Assembly (NCBI GenBank): GCA_011191985.1
Contig: DUEU01000002.1
Span: 11,574 to 75,573, forward strand
Origin: Dehalococcoidia bacterium
GTDB taxonomy: Bacteria > Chloroflexota > Dehalococcoidia > Dehalococcoidales > W111
Length of the DNA: 64,000 bases
Direction of reading: 5' to 3'
The notes beneath the pieces are model-generated. The model did no database searches, had not been told where the DNA came from, and saw only the letters and a program-made list of their open reading frames with translations. The position numbers and the translations under genes were made by a program. Positions 56,848 to 64,000 of the stretch are shown piece after piece. Position 1 is the first letter of the stretch. Each line of letters begins with the position of its first letter.

Positions 56848-58068
56848 TCAGGGTGTCGCAGGTTCGAGACGTGAATTATCCGCACCTCTTAGGCACCGTG
56901 ATGGTAAAACTACCGTAGCCATGGCCTTTGGAATTGATAAAGTACCATAGTGGTCGGCTACTGAAACATTTAGATCAACGAGATGCTCTTTTCCATCAGT
57001 ATATTTATTTGCTACCACTCCTTCACAAAGGGCCAATGATTCTCGGTACAGGGGCTTTCGTACCTGGCAGATCAGCCTCTTCAGGAATCCAGCGTCCCCC
57101 ATCCAATTTGATATCATATGGCCAAGCCACGCTTGCATCTGTACCGCGAGACAATTGGCACGAGGTGAACCATAACGTCGAGCGGTTTCATCTTTTAAGT
57201 GTGGCCCGCCGAAGTCAGGAAGGCCACTTTCAGGGTTAATCATTTTTCTCCATGAGTCACTACCAAATCGGGTCATTTCAAAACGCCAGCTCTTTATCCT
57301 TCCACAAACAGCCTCAAACGCCGCGCTTTCAACTAGGGAGAAGATATGGTGTGTGGATGGCAGCTGGTCACCAACATTGACATCTTCCCAGAAGCGCGGA
57401 TTATTTCCCCGTATCTCTTCTTTCTGTAGAAGCCGGAACCATTCGGCAACTTCATCTTCGGAGAAATACTTTAGCCTTGGTTCTGCTAGTTGGCTCTTAA
57501 TATTCGGGTCAACAATCATCTTCATAACTTTTGTTTTTACAACAGCTACAATCTCATCTCTTTGATTTGTGTACACTTTATCGGCACAGACTAGAAATTG
57601 AAGTGCGGTATCTTCTCTGGTAAGGTCGATAACTTCGGTAGCAATTTCATGCACTCTAAACTTGTCATTAACCCGTATCACCTTAAACCATTCTACTTCA
57701 GCCCCGGCATCAAAACCGGCTATCTTATAACCGTACTCCGACATATCCCACACTCCTTTCCAGTCAAACTGGGAGACGGTGCACAAAAAAAAGGGCGGGG
57801 CTATTATGCTACCATGAATACTGTTCTGTGCGTAGTCCTGATTTAGATACAGCGGATTAACATCTCCAACGGCATCACAGAATCTCCTAATGGCATCGGC
57901 AGTAGCTACGCGGTTCTCAATTCTATACCAGAACTCTTGTTCGTTGTTAGAATAAAAACGTGGTTTACCAATTTCAACCTTTTCCTCTATATCAGCCCGC
58001 ACTTTATCTCGTAACTGCTTGTCGACTTTGGCTTCCTTTATTTCCTTTTCCCCCCATAGCTTTACCAT
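56848..58068 (-). CDS. Double hot-dog fold MaoC/FAS1-like dehydratase family protein
   Basis: 406 aa. ADAIRRFCDAVGDVNPLYLNQDYAQNSIHGSIIAPPFF is typical of the MaoC-dehydratase N-terminal-type domain. The second half is also hot-dog sized. Confidence 0.65.
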   Translation of the reverse strand: MVKLWGEKEIKEAKVDKQLRDKVRADIEEKVEIGKPRFYSNNEQEFWYRIENRVATADAIRRFCDAVGDVNPLYLNQDYAQNSIHGSIIAPPFFLCTVSQFDWKGVWDMSEYGYKIAGFDAGAEVEWFKVIRVNDKFRVHEIATEVIDLTREDTALQFLVCADKVYTNQRDEIVAVVKTKVMKMIVDPNIKSQLAEPRLKYFSEDEVAEWFRLLQKEEIRGNNPRFWEDVNVGDQLPSTHHIFSLVESAAFEAVCGRIKSWRFEMTRFGSDSWRKMINPESGLPDFGGPHLKDETARRYGSPRANCLAVQMQAWLGHMISNWMGDAGFLKRLICQVRKPLYRESLALCEGVVANKYTDGKEHLVDLNVSVADHYGTLSIPKAMATVVLPSRCLRGADNSRLEPATP

Positions 58069-58597
58069 AGTTTCTTTGCCTCTCTTCTTTAAGCGCTATT
58101 TACATTTATCATTACCAAATCTTTTTTCTCAGGCACATTATACATTTATGATGTATCGTGGACAAGGAATTACTCCTTTTAGCCCTCATATCTAAAAATT
58201 AATAAAGTGCTGTACTAAATTGATTTTTGATAATCGTCATCAATCTGAACATGCGTAGATTTGAAATCTAAGTCCGTACCTTCTGAAAGTTTTTAAAAAG
58301 TTGATCGATCAATCCAGGCGTCATCCATTTGACCTGTCCAAATAATTTGATACGCCTTTGAAGTAAGCATATTCTCTATTTTGCATATGAAGCAAGACAT
58401 CAAGCATTTGGCTCGCCTATTTAGAAACTAGTAAAATATATCAAATTTGATAGGCCCCCTAATCCACAGTCAGGTGGGCAACAAGCTGTCCTTGTGTCAG
58501 ACGTGTTATTATACCTTTAGGAAGATCACCCCATCCTAGGGTATTTCGTTGTCCTCTTATAAATATCGTCAATTATTCTAGAAGGTTATAAAGCAGA

Positions 58598-59218
58598 TTG
58601 GCAATTTTCCTAATTTTGGGAATTACTTATGGCTTCGCTGCAGCTGTACAGCCTGGGCCTTTACAGACATTTATTATTTCCCGAACCTTGAGTAATGGCT
58701 GGCGTTATACTCTGCCCTCTGCCTGTGCTCCACTAGTAAGTGATGTACCGATAGTCATTCTGGTACTCTTGATATTGAATAGTGTTCCTATATGGGTGGA
58801 AAATATTTTACATTTTGCCGGTGGTTTCTTCGTTCTCTTTCTAGCCTGGGGGGCACTCAAATCCTTCAAGAATTACACCTTAAACCAAACGGATTTGTTG
58901 CAGGCTTCGCGCCGGAATTTCTTTAAAGCGGTTACTATTAATCTGCTTAATCCTAACCCTTATCTTTCCTGGAGTCTGGTTATGGGCCCCCTTCTATTGA
59001 AAGGTTGGAGAGAGGATGCGGGAAATGGAATTGGACTGGTCGCCGGTTTTTATTTCACCATGATTTTCACTACTATAGGGATAATTCTGCTGTTTTCGGC
59101 TCTCAGAAGATTTGGGCCGAAAGTAAGCCGGATATTAATAGGGATTTCGGCCATTGTTCTGGCTTGTTTCGGGTTCTATCAGCTGTGGTTAGGAACTACG
59201 GCTTTATTGTTCAAGTGA
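58598..59218 (+). CDS. LysE/RhtB-family amino-acid exporter
   Basis: 206 aa, TTG start, N-terminal GFAAAVQPGPLQTF, about 6 TM. Confidence 0.75.
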   Translation: MAIFLILGITYGFAAAVQPGPLQTFIISRTLSNGWRYTLPSACAPLVSDVPIVILVLLILNSVPIWVENILHFAGGFFVLFLAWGALKSFKNYTLNQTDLLQASRRNFFKAVTINLLNPNPYLSWSLVMGPLLLKGWREDAGNGIGLVAGFYFTMIFTTIGIILLFSALRRFGPKVSRILIGISAIVLACFGFYQLWLGTTALLFK

Positions 59219-59308
59219 GAAATCGCAAAACGTCATCTTGTTTATTGACTTACCTAGATAGCAGCTATATTATGATGCCACTGAATCAATTCGAGAGGCG
59301 GTAACAGT

Positions 59309-60679
59309 ATGGATGCAGCATTCATTTTGGCCAGAAATGCAGTCAATGTTACCTATAATGACTTGCCGCCGGTAGCGGTAGATATGACCAAGAAAGATAT
59401 ACTGGATGTGCTGGGCACAGCCGTAGCCGGCAGCGCTGCACCGGCAGCCGAAGAGATTGCCGGGTTAATCAAGGAATGGGGGGGCAAACAGGAAAGCACT
59501 GTCATTGGTTTCGGTTGCATGGTGCCATCACCCAGCGCCGCTTTTATAAATGCCACGATGGGACATGCCCTGGATTATGACGATACTCACGATAGGGCTG
59601 GACTTCACGCCGCGGTTACGGTAGTCCCAGCGGCGTTTGCCATTGCCCAGCGCCGGGGCGGGGTAAGCGGTAAGGAATTCATCACCGCTGTTGCCCTGGG
59701 AATCGACATCGTGTGCCGTATGGGTCTAGCCAGCAAGCTGACGCTAAAGGAAAGTGGCTGGGTCTATACTCCCATCTACGGATTTTTCGGAGCGACCGCT
59801 GCTGCCGGCAGGATACTGGGGCTTGATGAAGCCAAAATGGTAAACGCTTTCGGTATTGCCTATAGCCAGACAGCCGGCAATTTCCAGGCTATCGATGACG
59901 CTGTCTTAACCAAGAGAATACAGCCTGGATTTGCCTCCCGGGCGGGGGTTATCTCGGCACTCCTCGCCGAGAGGGGGATTACCGGAGCCCAGAACAGCAT
60001 AGAGGGCGATTACGGAATATACAACGTCTATCACCGCGGTCATTACGACCCCCAGGCCCTGACATCTGAACTGGGCAAGGTGTTTGAAGTAGCCAATATA
60101 AGCTTCAAGCCGTATCCTACCTGCCGTGGTGACCATGCTTCTATTGACGCTGCACTGGCGCTGGTACGGGAGAATGACATCAAGCCGGAAGACGTCGAAG
60201 AAGTCACTGTCTCTTCAGGAGAAATGACACAGCTTCAGTCCCACCCACTAGAGAGAAAGCGGCGGCCCCAGAGAATCCCCGACGCCCAATACAATATCCC
60301 TTATACGGTGGCCACGGCTGTGGTTAAAAGGAAGGTTAGCATAAGCGATTTTACCTTGGAGGCCATTAAGGATCCCGAGGTTCTTAAAATGGCGGATAAG
60401 GTGAGCCCGCGGCTAGTACCTGAACTCAGCCGGCATGCTATGGAGCCAGCCATAGTCGAGATAAAGACTAGATGCGGCGCCTATTCAAAAAGAGTGGATT
60501 ACCCCAGGGGCAGCCCGCAAAACCCGATGGCCATGGATGAGTTGGCCGACAAGTTCCGGGACTGCGCCGCGCATGGTAAAAAGCGTATGCCCGGGCAACA
60601 GGTGGATAGGGTAATTCAACTGGTCAGCATGCTGGATGAGGTCGACGACGTAGAGCAGATTATCCAGTTGCTTGGCTGA
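59309..60679 (+). CDS. MmgE/PrpD-family protein (2-methylcitrate dehydratase superfamily)
   Basis: 456 aa. Motifs: GHALDYDDTH, FKPYPTCR. Confidence 0.9.
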   Translation: MDAAFILARNAVNVTYNDLPPVAVDMTKKDILDVLGTAVAGSAAPAAEEIAGLIKEWGGKQESTVIGFGCMVPSPSAAFINATMGHALDYDDTHDRAGLHAAVTVVPAAFAIAQRRGGVSGKEFITAVALGIDIVCRMGLASKLTLKESGWVYTPIYGFFGATAAAGRILGLDEAKMVNAFGIAYSQTAGNFQAIDDAVLTKRIQPGFASRAGVISALLAERGITGAQNSIEGDYGIYNVYHRGHYDPQALTSELGKVFEVANISFKPYPTCRGDHASIDAALALVRENDIKPEDVEEVTVSSGEMTQLQSHPLERKRRPQRIPDAQYNIPYTVATAVVKRKVSISDFTLEAIKDPEVLKMADKVSPRLVPELSRHAMEPAIVEIKTRCGAYSKRVDYPRGSPQNPMAMDELADKFRDCAAHGKKRMPGQQVDRVIQLVSMLDEVDDVEQIIQLLG

Positions 60680-60715
60680 TGTGACCTAAATTCTTAAAGA
60701 CTTGGGCACAATCAT

Positions 60716-60743
60716 CCGAATTGAATTCCCATTCAGTATTCGG
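60716..60743 (+). terminator. Hairpin downstream of the PrpD-family gene
   Basis: ccgaattgaat-tccc-attca(gt)attcgg forms an 11-bp stem with a 2-nt bulge. There is no clear T-tract. Confidence 0.3.
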
Positions 60744-60997
60744 GTATGACCAACATTTATCGAAAGTGCTAAAGAGCTGGTTGTGTGTTCAACTGTAAGT
60801 ATGCAAAAGGACTATTTTAGGGAAGACAGGTTACTTCTTCAAAGGTCACAACATACTTCTTTTTTGTTACCTGAGCTAACAATCTGCGATTTCGTTAAAT
60901 TAGTGATAATTATTTGATGATGCTCATGAAAACACGTAGTAGGCGCTTAACTCGTGAGGCCTACCTAGTGCTTATAGGTAATGGACAAGGCACTATG

Positions 60998-61204
60998 CTA
61001 CTTGTCAACCATAACTTCGGTAGCCTTAATTACAGCAGCCGCTTCGTCCCCATCTTTGAGATTCATTCTTTCTGCTGATCCTCTGCTTATTAGCGACACA
61101 AACTCAAGACCGGCAACTTCAATCACCACCTCTGCCATTATCTGTCCCAACTTGACGGACTTAATAGTACCTTTGAACTGATTGCGAGCACTTAGCATCT
61201 CCAC
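60998..61204 (-). CDS. Mop/TOBE-type molybdate/tungstate-binding protein
   Basis: MLSARNQFKGTIKSVKLGQIMAEVVIEV...VIKATEVMV is the classic Mop pattern. The start could be the second Met at 61198. Confidence 0.85.
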   Translation of the reverse strand: MEMLSARNQFKGTIKSVKLGQIMAEVVIEVAGLEFVSLISRGSAERMNLKDGDEAAAVIKATEVMVDK

Positions 61205-61251
61205 CCTCCTTGTTTGCGCCTAAGATAAGGATAGAACTATGCCAAATCGAC

Positions 61252-61295
61252 GTCAACTGAGCCGGGTGGCGAATTAGTTGCCCGGCTCAGTTGAC
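61252..61295. promoter_or_regulatory. Perfect 15-bp inverted repeat with a 14-nt spacer, between the wtpA stop and the mop start
   Basis: gtcaactgagccggg (61252-61266) is the exact reverse complement of cccggctcagttgac (61281-61295). Confidence 0.6.
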
Positions 61296-61358
61296 AACAG
61301 CGGGTTTGATCTAGCTGACTTCCCCTAATTGATTATCTAGTCGATTTACTTCGATTAT

Positions 61359-62342
61359 TTACTTCACGTATTTCCTGAGAGGCTCCGGCAGCTTGCTTTC
61401 ATCATTAGTTATTGCCGGTATGACTGCTGGTTGCCCGTTAGCTTCCATAATACTCACTCCATCAGGCCCCAGCAAAAAGTCCACCCACGCAAGAGCAAGT
61501 TCCATACGCTCGAAATTACTGGGTATGGTGACCCCGTAGACGATAGGCTTGCCCTTTACAATTATCTTCTCCCCAGGTTCCTTGCCCGCTATTTCTACCT
61601 CTGCCTGACCATAAAAGTCTTTGAAGTTCTCATCGGAAAGGTTGATTTCAGTCGGTAGCTTTACACTTTTTAGATTATGCTGGGCCGCTAGAGAGGTGTA
61701 CTCAAATGCATAGTCAAGGTCTCCGGATTCAAGAAGCGCCAGGAGGTCCGTCTCTTTGGGTCTCATAAGGTCGCCAGGCCCGTTATAGAGGCTATCATAT
61801 AGGCCGGGAACACTGTAGTGTTTTTCAGCCAGTTGCCAGACCAACAGCGTCCGATAGCCGCAAGGGTCTTGGTCCGGATCACTGCGGCCATAAGTTATCC
61901 CGTCTCTCTGCAGGATTTCATACCAGTTATCGCTATTTATCTCGTCAGCGAATTGCGATTTTTCGGTATAGACAATACACATCTGGTTAGAAGCGAAGAT
62001 TAAGTACCAGTCAGCATAATCTGGAAACATCAGTTCGGGGATAAGGGTATAGTCAGCTGAGCCAATAACACCGCATTCTTTATGCAGCTCAGTTACTTTT
62101 CGGATAGTGGTGGCACTGCCGGCACCTTCAGCCAGTATCTCCACATCGGGATGAAGTTCGTTAAATGCGTCACTGACCTGGGCGAACGGCATGGTCAAAC
62201 TGCCGGCGTGAAATATCTGAAGCTTTCCGGACAGTCCAGTTCTTGTTCCAGGTTGTCCGCAGGCAGCAACCAGGGAGACTAAGAGTAACAAGCCAAGGAA
62301 TAGGGAAGTAATTTTAAGCATTGCTGAAGTTTTCTTTTTCAT
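61359..62342 (-). CDS. wtpA: WtpA-type tungstate/molybdate ABC substrate-binding lipoprotein
   Basis: ATG at 62342 after AGGAGGAGG. Lipobox LVAAC. IFHAGSL, GSATTIRKVTEL, DPCGYR and GKPIVYGVTIP resemble archaeal WtpA. The ~327-aa length fits WtpA better than ModA. Confidence 0.8.
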   Translation of the reverse strand: MKKKTSAMLKITSLFLGLLLLVSLVAACGQPGTRTGLSGKLQIFHAGSLTMPFAQVSDAFNELHPDVEILAEGAGSATTIRKVTELHKECGVIGSADYTLIPELMFPDYADWYLIFASNQMCIVYTEKSQFADEINSDNWYEILQRDGITYGRSDPDQDPCGYRTLLVWQLAEKHYSVPGLYDSLYNGPGDLMRPKETDLLALLESGDLDYAFEYTSLAAQHNLKSVKLPTEINLSDENFKDFYGQAEVEIAGKEPGEKIIVKGKPIVYGVTIPSNFERMELALAWVDFLLGPDGVSIMEANGQPAVIPAITNDESKLPEPLRKYVK

Positions 62343-62371
62343 TGCATACAACCTCCTCCTATCTTGTTCAA

Positions 62372-63421
62372 TCAATCAAAAAGGTGAATAGATGACGCCT
62401 TAAAGGTCAGGAACACTTTCTTGCCCTCGTGAAGTTCCATTTCTTCAAAAGAATGTCGTGTAACTAGGCAGGAGAGCTCGGGTGGTATGTTCACTGTGAT
62501 ATATAGCGTTGAGCCCTTATCTGTGACAGTCGTGATTGTTCCGGGAAAGCAGTTCCGGGCACTGGAATGTATAGGTTCACTGGAGATAAGTATGTCCTCA
62601 GGGCGTATAGAGGCGTGGTGTAGACCATCCGTATCGGCGGCGATAATGAAGTCGGTGCCATCAACTTTAAACATGGTATCACCGCTTGGATTCCTTTCTG
62701 CTTTCCCGAGGAAGATATTTCTGGTCATGGCAAAGCGGGCGACAAATTCTGAATTCGGGTGGCGGAATATCTCTTCAGGGGTTCCTACTTGCATCAGGCG
62801 ACCTTCACCGATGACAGCTATTCGGTTGCCCAGTGCTATAGCCTCCTCGAAATCGTGAGTAACATGGAGTATGGTAATTCCTAGCGCTCTATGAAGCTGG
62901 CGAAGCTCCTGCTGTACGCTCTCGCGTGTTTCGGGGTCCAGGGCGCTAAGCGGCTCGTCCACAAGAAGCAACTCTGGCAGAGTAATGATGGCTCTCCCCA
63001 GGGCTACTTTCTGTCTTTCTCCACCGCTCAGTGTATCCGGTTGCCGGTGGAGAAGATGTGATATCCCCAGTAGTTCTGCCATCCAGTTCAGTCTATTTTT
63101 TTGTTCGTCCATGGTGGCTCTATTCATTCTCAAGCCGAAAACAATGTTGTCTTTTACCGAAAGGTGGGGAAATAGAACATGGTCCTGATACACTATGCTT
63201 ATCTTTCGTTTCTCTGGCTCAACGCTGGTCACCTCCTTTCCCCTGAGCCATATTTTGCCGCTCTTGACGGGATAGAGGCCAGCGATGGACTCAAGTAACA
63301 CGGTCTTTCCCGCCCCGGTGGGGCCGAGAATGACGAAATACTCGCCCTCTTCGATGTTAAGAGTGATATCCTCGAGTACGAACTCGCCAAGGTCTACACA
63401 CAGGTCCTTAACCTCAATCAT
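62372..63421 (-). CDS. wtpC: ABC transporter ATP-binding protein with a C-terminal TOBE domain (WtpC/ModC-like)
   Basis: Walker A GPTGAGKT, signature [14 protein letters not shown], Walker [13 protein letters not shown]. The C-terminal ~110 aa are TOBE-like. Confidence 0.9.
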   Translation of the reverse strand: MIEVKDLCVDLGEFVLEDITLNIEEGEYFVILGPTGAGKTVLLESIAGLYPVKSGKIWLRGKEVTSVEPEKRKISIVYQDHVLFPHLSVKDNIVFGLRMNRATMDEQKNRLNWMAELLGISHLLHRQPDTLSGGERQKVALGRAIITLPELLLVDEPLSALDPETRESVQQELRQLHRALGITILHVTHDFEEAIALGNRIAVIGEGRLMQVGTPEEIFRHPNSEFVARFAMTRNIFLGKAERNPSGDTMFKVDGTDFIIAADTDGLHHASIRPEDILISSEPIHSSARNCFPGTITTVTDKGSTLYITVNIPPELSCLVTRHSFEEMELHEGKKVFLTFKASSIHLFD

Positions 63422-64000
63422 GACTTATCCCCTCTATAGGCGAGTGTCCTCAACACGATAAAGACCAGCACGCTCACCAGAATGAGCAACACGGCTATGG
63501 GACGAGCATAATCAAGACCGTATGTTTCGAACCGCTCATAGACGAGAACCGGAGCTATCATCGGGTGGTAGGCCAGTATGATAACGGCCCCGAATTCACT
63601 TATGCCGCGCGCCCACATCATGATGTTCCCGGCCAGAATGCTGCGCCACGCCAGTGGAAATGAGATCCTGAAGAACGTTTGCCAGGGGGAGGCTCCCAGG
63701 GTACGGGCCACCTTCTCCAGTCTGACATCTACCTTTTTGAAACCTTCTTTGGCTGAGTCTATCAGGAACGGAATGCTGACAAACAGCATGGCGATAACGA
63801 TGCCAGCCATAGAATCAACGAATGTGATGCCGATCGTTTCAAAGGCATTCCCCAGAAGAAAACGCCGCCCAAAGACAAAGAGAAGGGCAATCCCGGCTGC
63901 CGTATGTGGTACCACGATGGGGACATCTATTAATCCCTCAACAAGCTTTTTCCCGGGAAAGTTATGTCTGGCTAGCAGGTAGGCCAATGGCACACCCAGG
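63418..64000 (-). CDS. wtpB: ABC transporter permease (WtpB/ModB-like), N-terminus beyond the window end
   Basis: EAA-loop region [35 protein letters not shown]. The stop overlaps the ATPase start by 4 nt. The ORF probably continues past 64000. Confidence 0.85.
   Translation of the reverse strand, partial: LGVPLAYLLARHNFPGKKLVEGLIDVPIVVPHTAAGIALLFVFGRRFLLGNAFETIGITFVDSMAGIVIAMLFVSIPFLIDSAKEGFKKVDVRLEKVARTLGASPWQTFFRISFPLAWRSILAGNIMMWARGISEFGAVIILAYHPMIAPVLVYERFETYGLDYARPIAVLLILVSVLVFIVLRTLAYRGDKS

Noticed and set aside
1-64000. Search for CRISPR arrays, tRNA/rRNA genes, IS elements, integrases, prophage or toxin-antitoxin/defence modules
   Set aside because: By eye I found no regularly spaced direct repeats, no cloverleaf-like or rRNA-like segments in the intergenic regions, and no transposase, integrase or phage-like ORFs. 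The apparent GC mosaic (AT-richer blocks around 7.9-13.2 kb, 36.8-39.3 kb and 50.6-58.6 kb) was judged only visually and is not enough to call a genomic island.

Overview
The window is a gene-dense (about 56 CDS) single-copy bacterial chromosomal segment. I recognised no rRNA, tRNA, CRISPR array, transposase or integrase. The gene content suggests an anaerobic, Chloroflexota/Dehalococcoidia-like organism, but that is inference only. The supporting traits are an archaeal-type WtpABC tungstate transporter, an archaeal-type GlmU-like enzyme, KaiC-like ATPases, a 2-hydroxyacyl-CoA-dehydratase-like radical enzyme, and lipoproteins with Pro/Thr-rich linkers.

Main blocks in order:
- 7-7855: secreted repeat protein, OmpR-type two-component system, acyl-CoA synthetase, lipoprotein serpin, orphan MetE/UROD-like protein.
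- 7933-16525: 2-hydroxyacyl-CoA dehydratase-like pair plus activator ATPase, followed by a Liv-type ABC importer.
- 16577-25051: coherent cluster of DinB, MBL hydrolase, LmbE/MshB-like deacetylase, MshD-like double GNAT, MshA-like GT4, Fem/CelD-like acyltransferase, GlmU-like enzyme and GlmS. I read this as a candidate mycothiol/bacillithiol-like low-molecular-weight thiol or GlcN-conjugate pathway.
- 25281-28733: ArsR regulator plus a 1029-aa FAD-oxidase/ferredoxin/2xCCG fusion with a very Met-rich tail.
- 28799-33895: zinc-ribbon protein, cytoplasmic bis-MGD-type molybdo/tungsto-enzyme, and an orphan xanthine-dehydrogenase-family large subunit.
- 34123-42830: miscellaneous transport and hydrolase genes, including a signal-less family-5 SBP next to an orphan hydantoinase-B.
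- 42779-46850: NarL-type two-component system divergent from a small helical protein and a formate/nitrite-family channel that carries the same module at its C-terminus.
- 50662-55010: three tightly packed RecA/KaiC-superfamily ATPase genes. Two are tandem paralogs fused to double V4R-like modules. This is my top candidate for an undescribed system.
- 55433-58068: membrane protein, a desulforedoxin-like 54-aa gene missed by the ORF track, a chagasin-type inhibitor and a double-hotdog dehydratase.
- 58598-64000: LysE, MmgE/PrpD, Mop, and WtpA/C/B (truncated at the window end).

All functional calls rest on motif and architecture recognition by eye. No database search was run.
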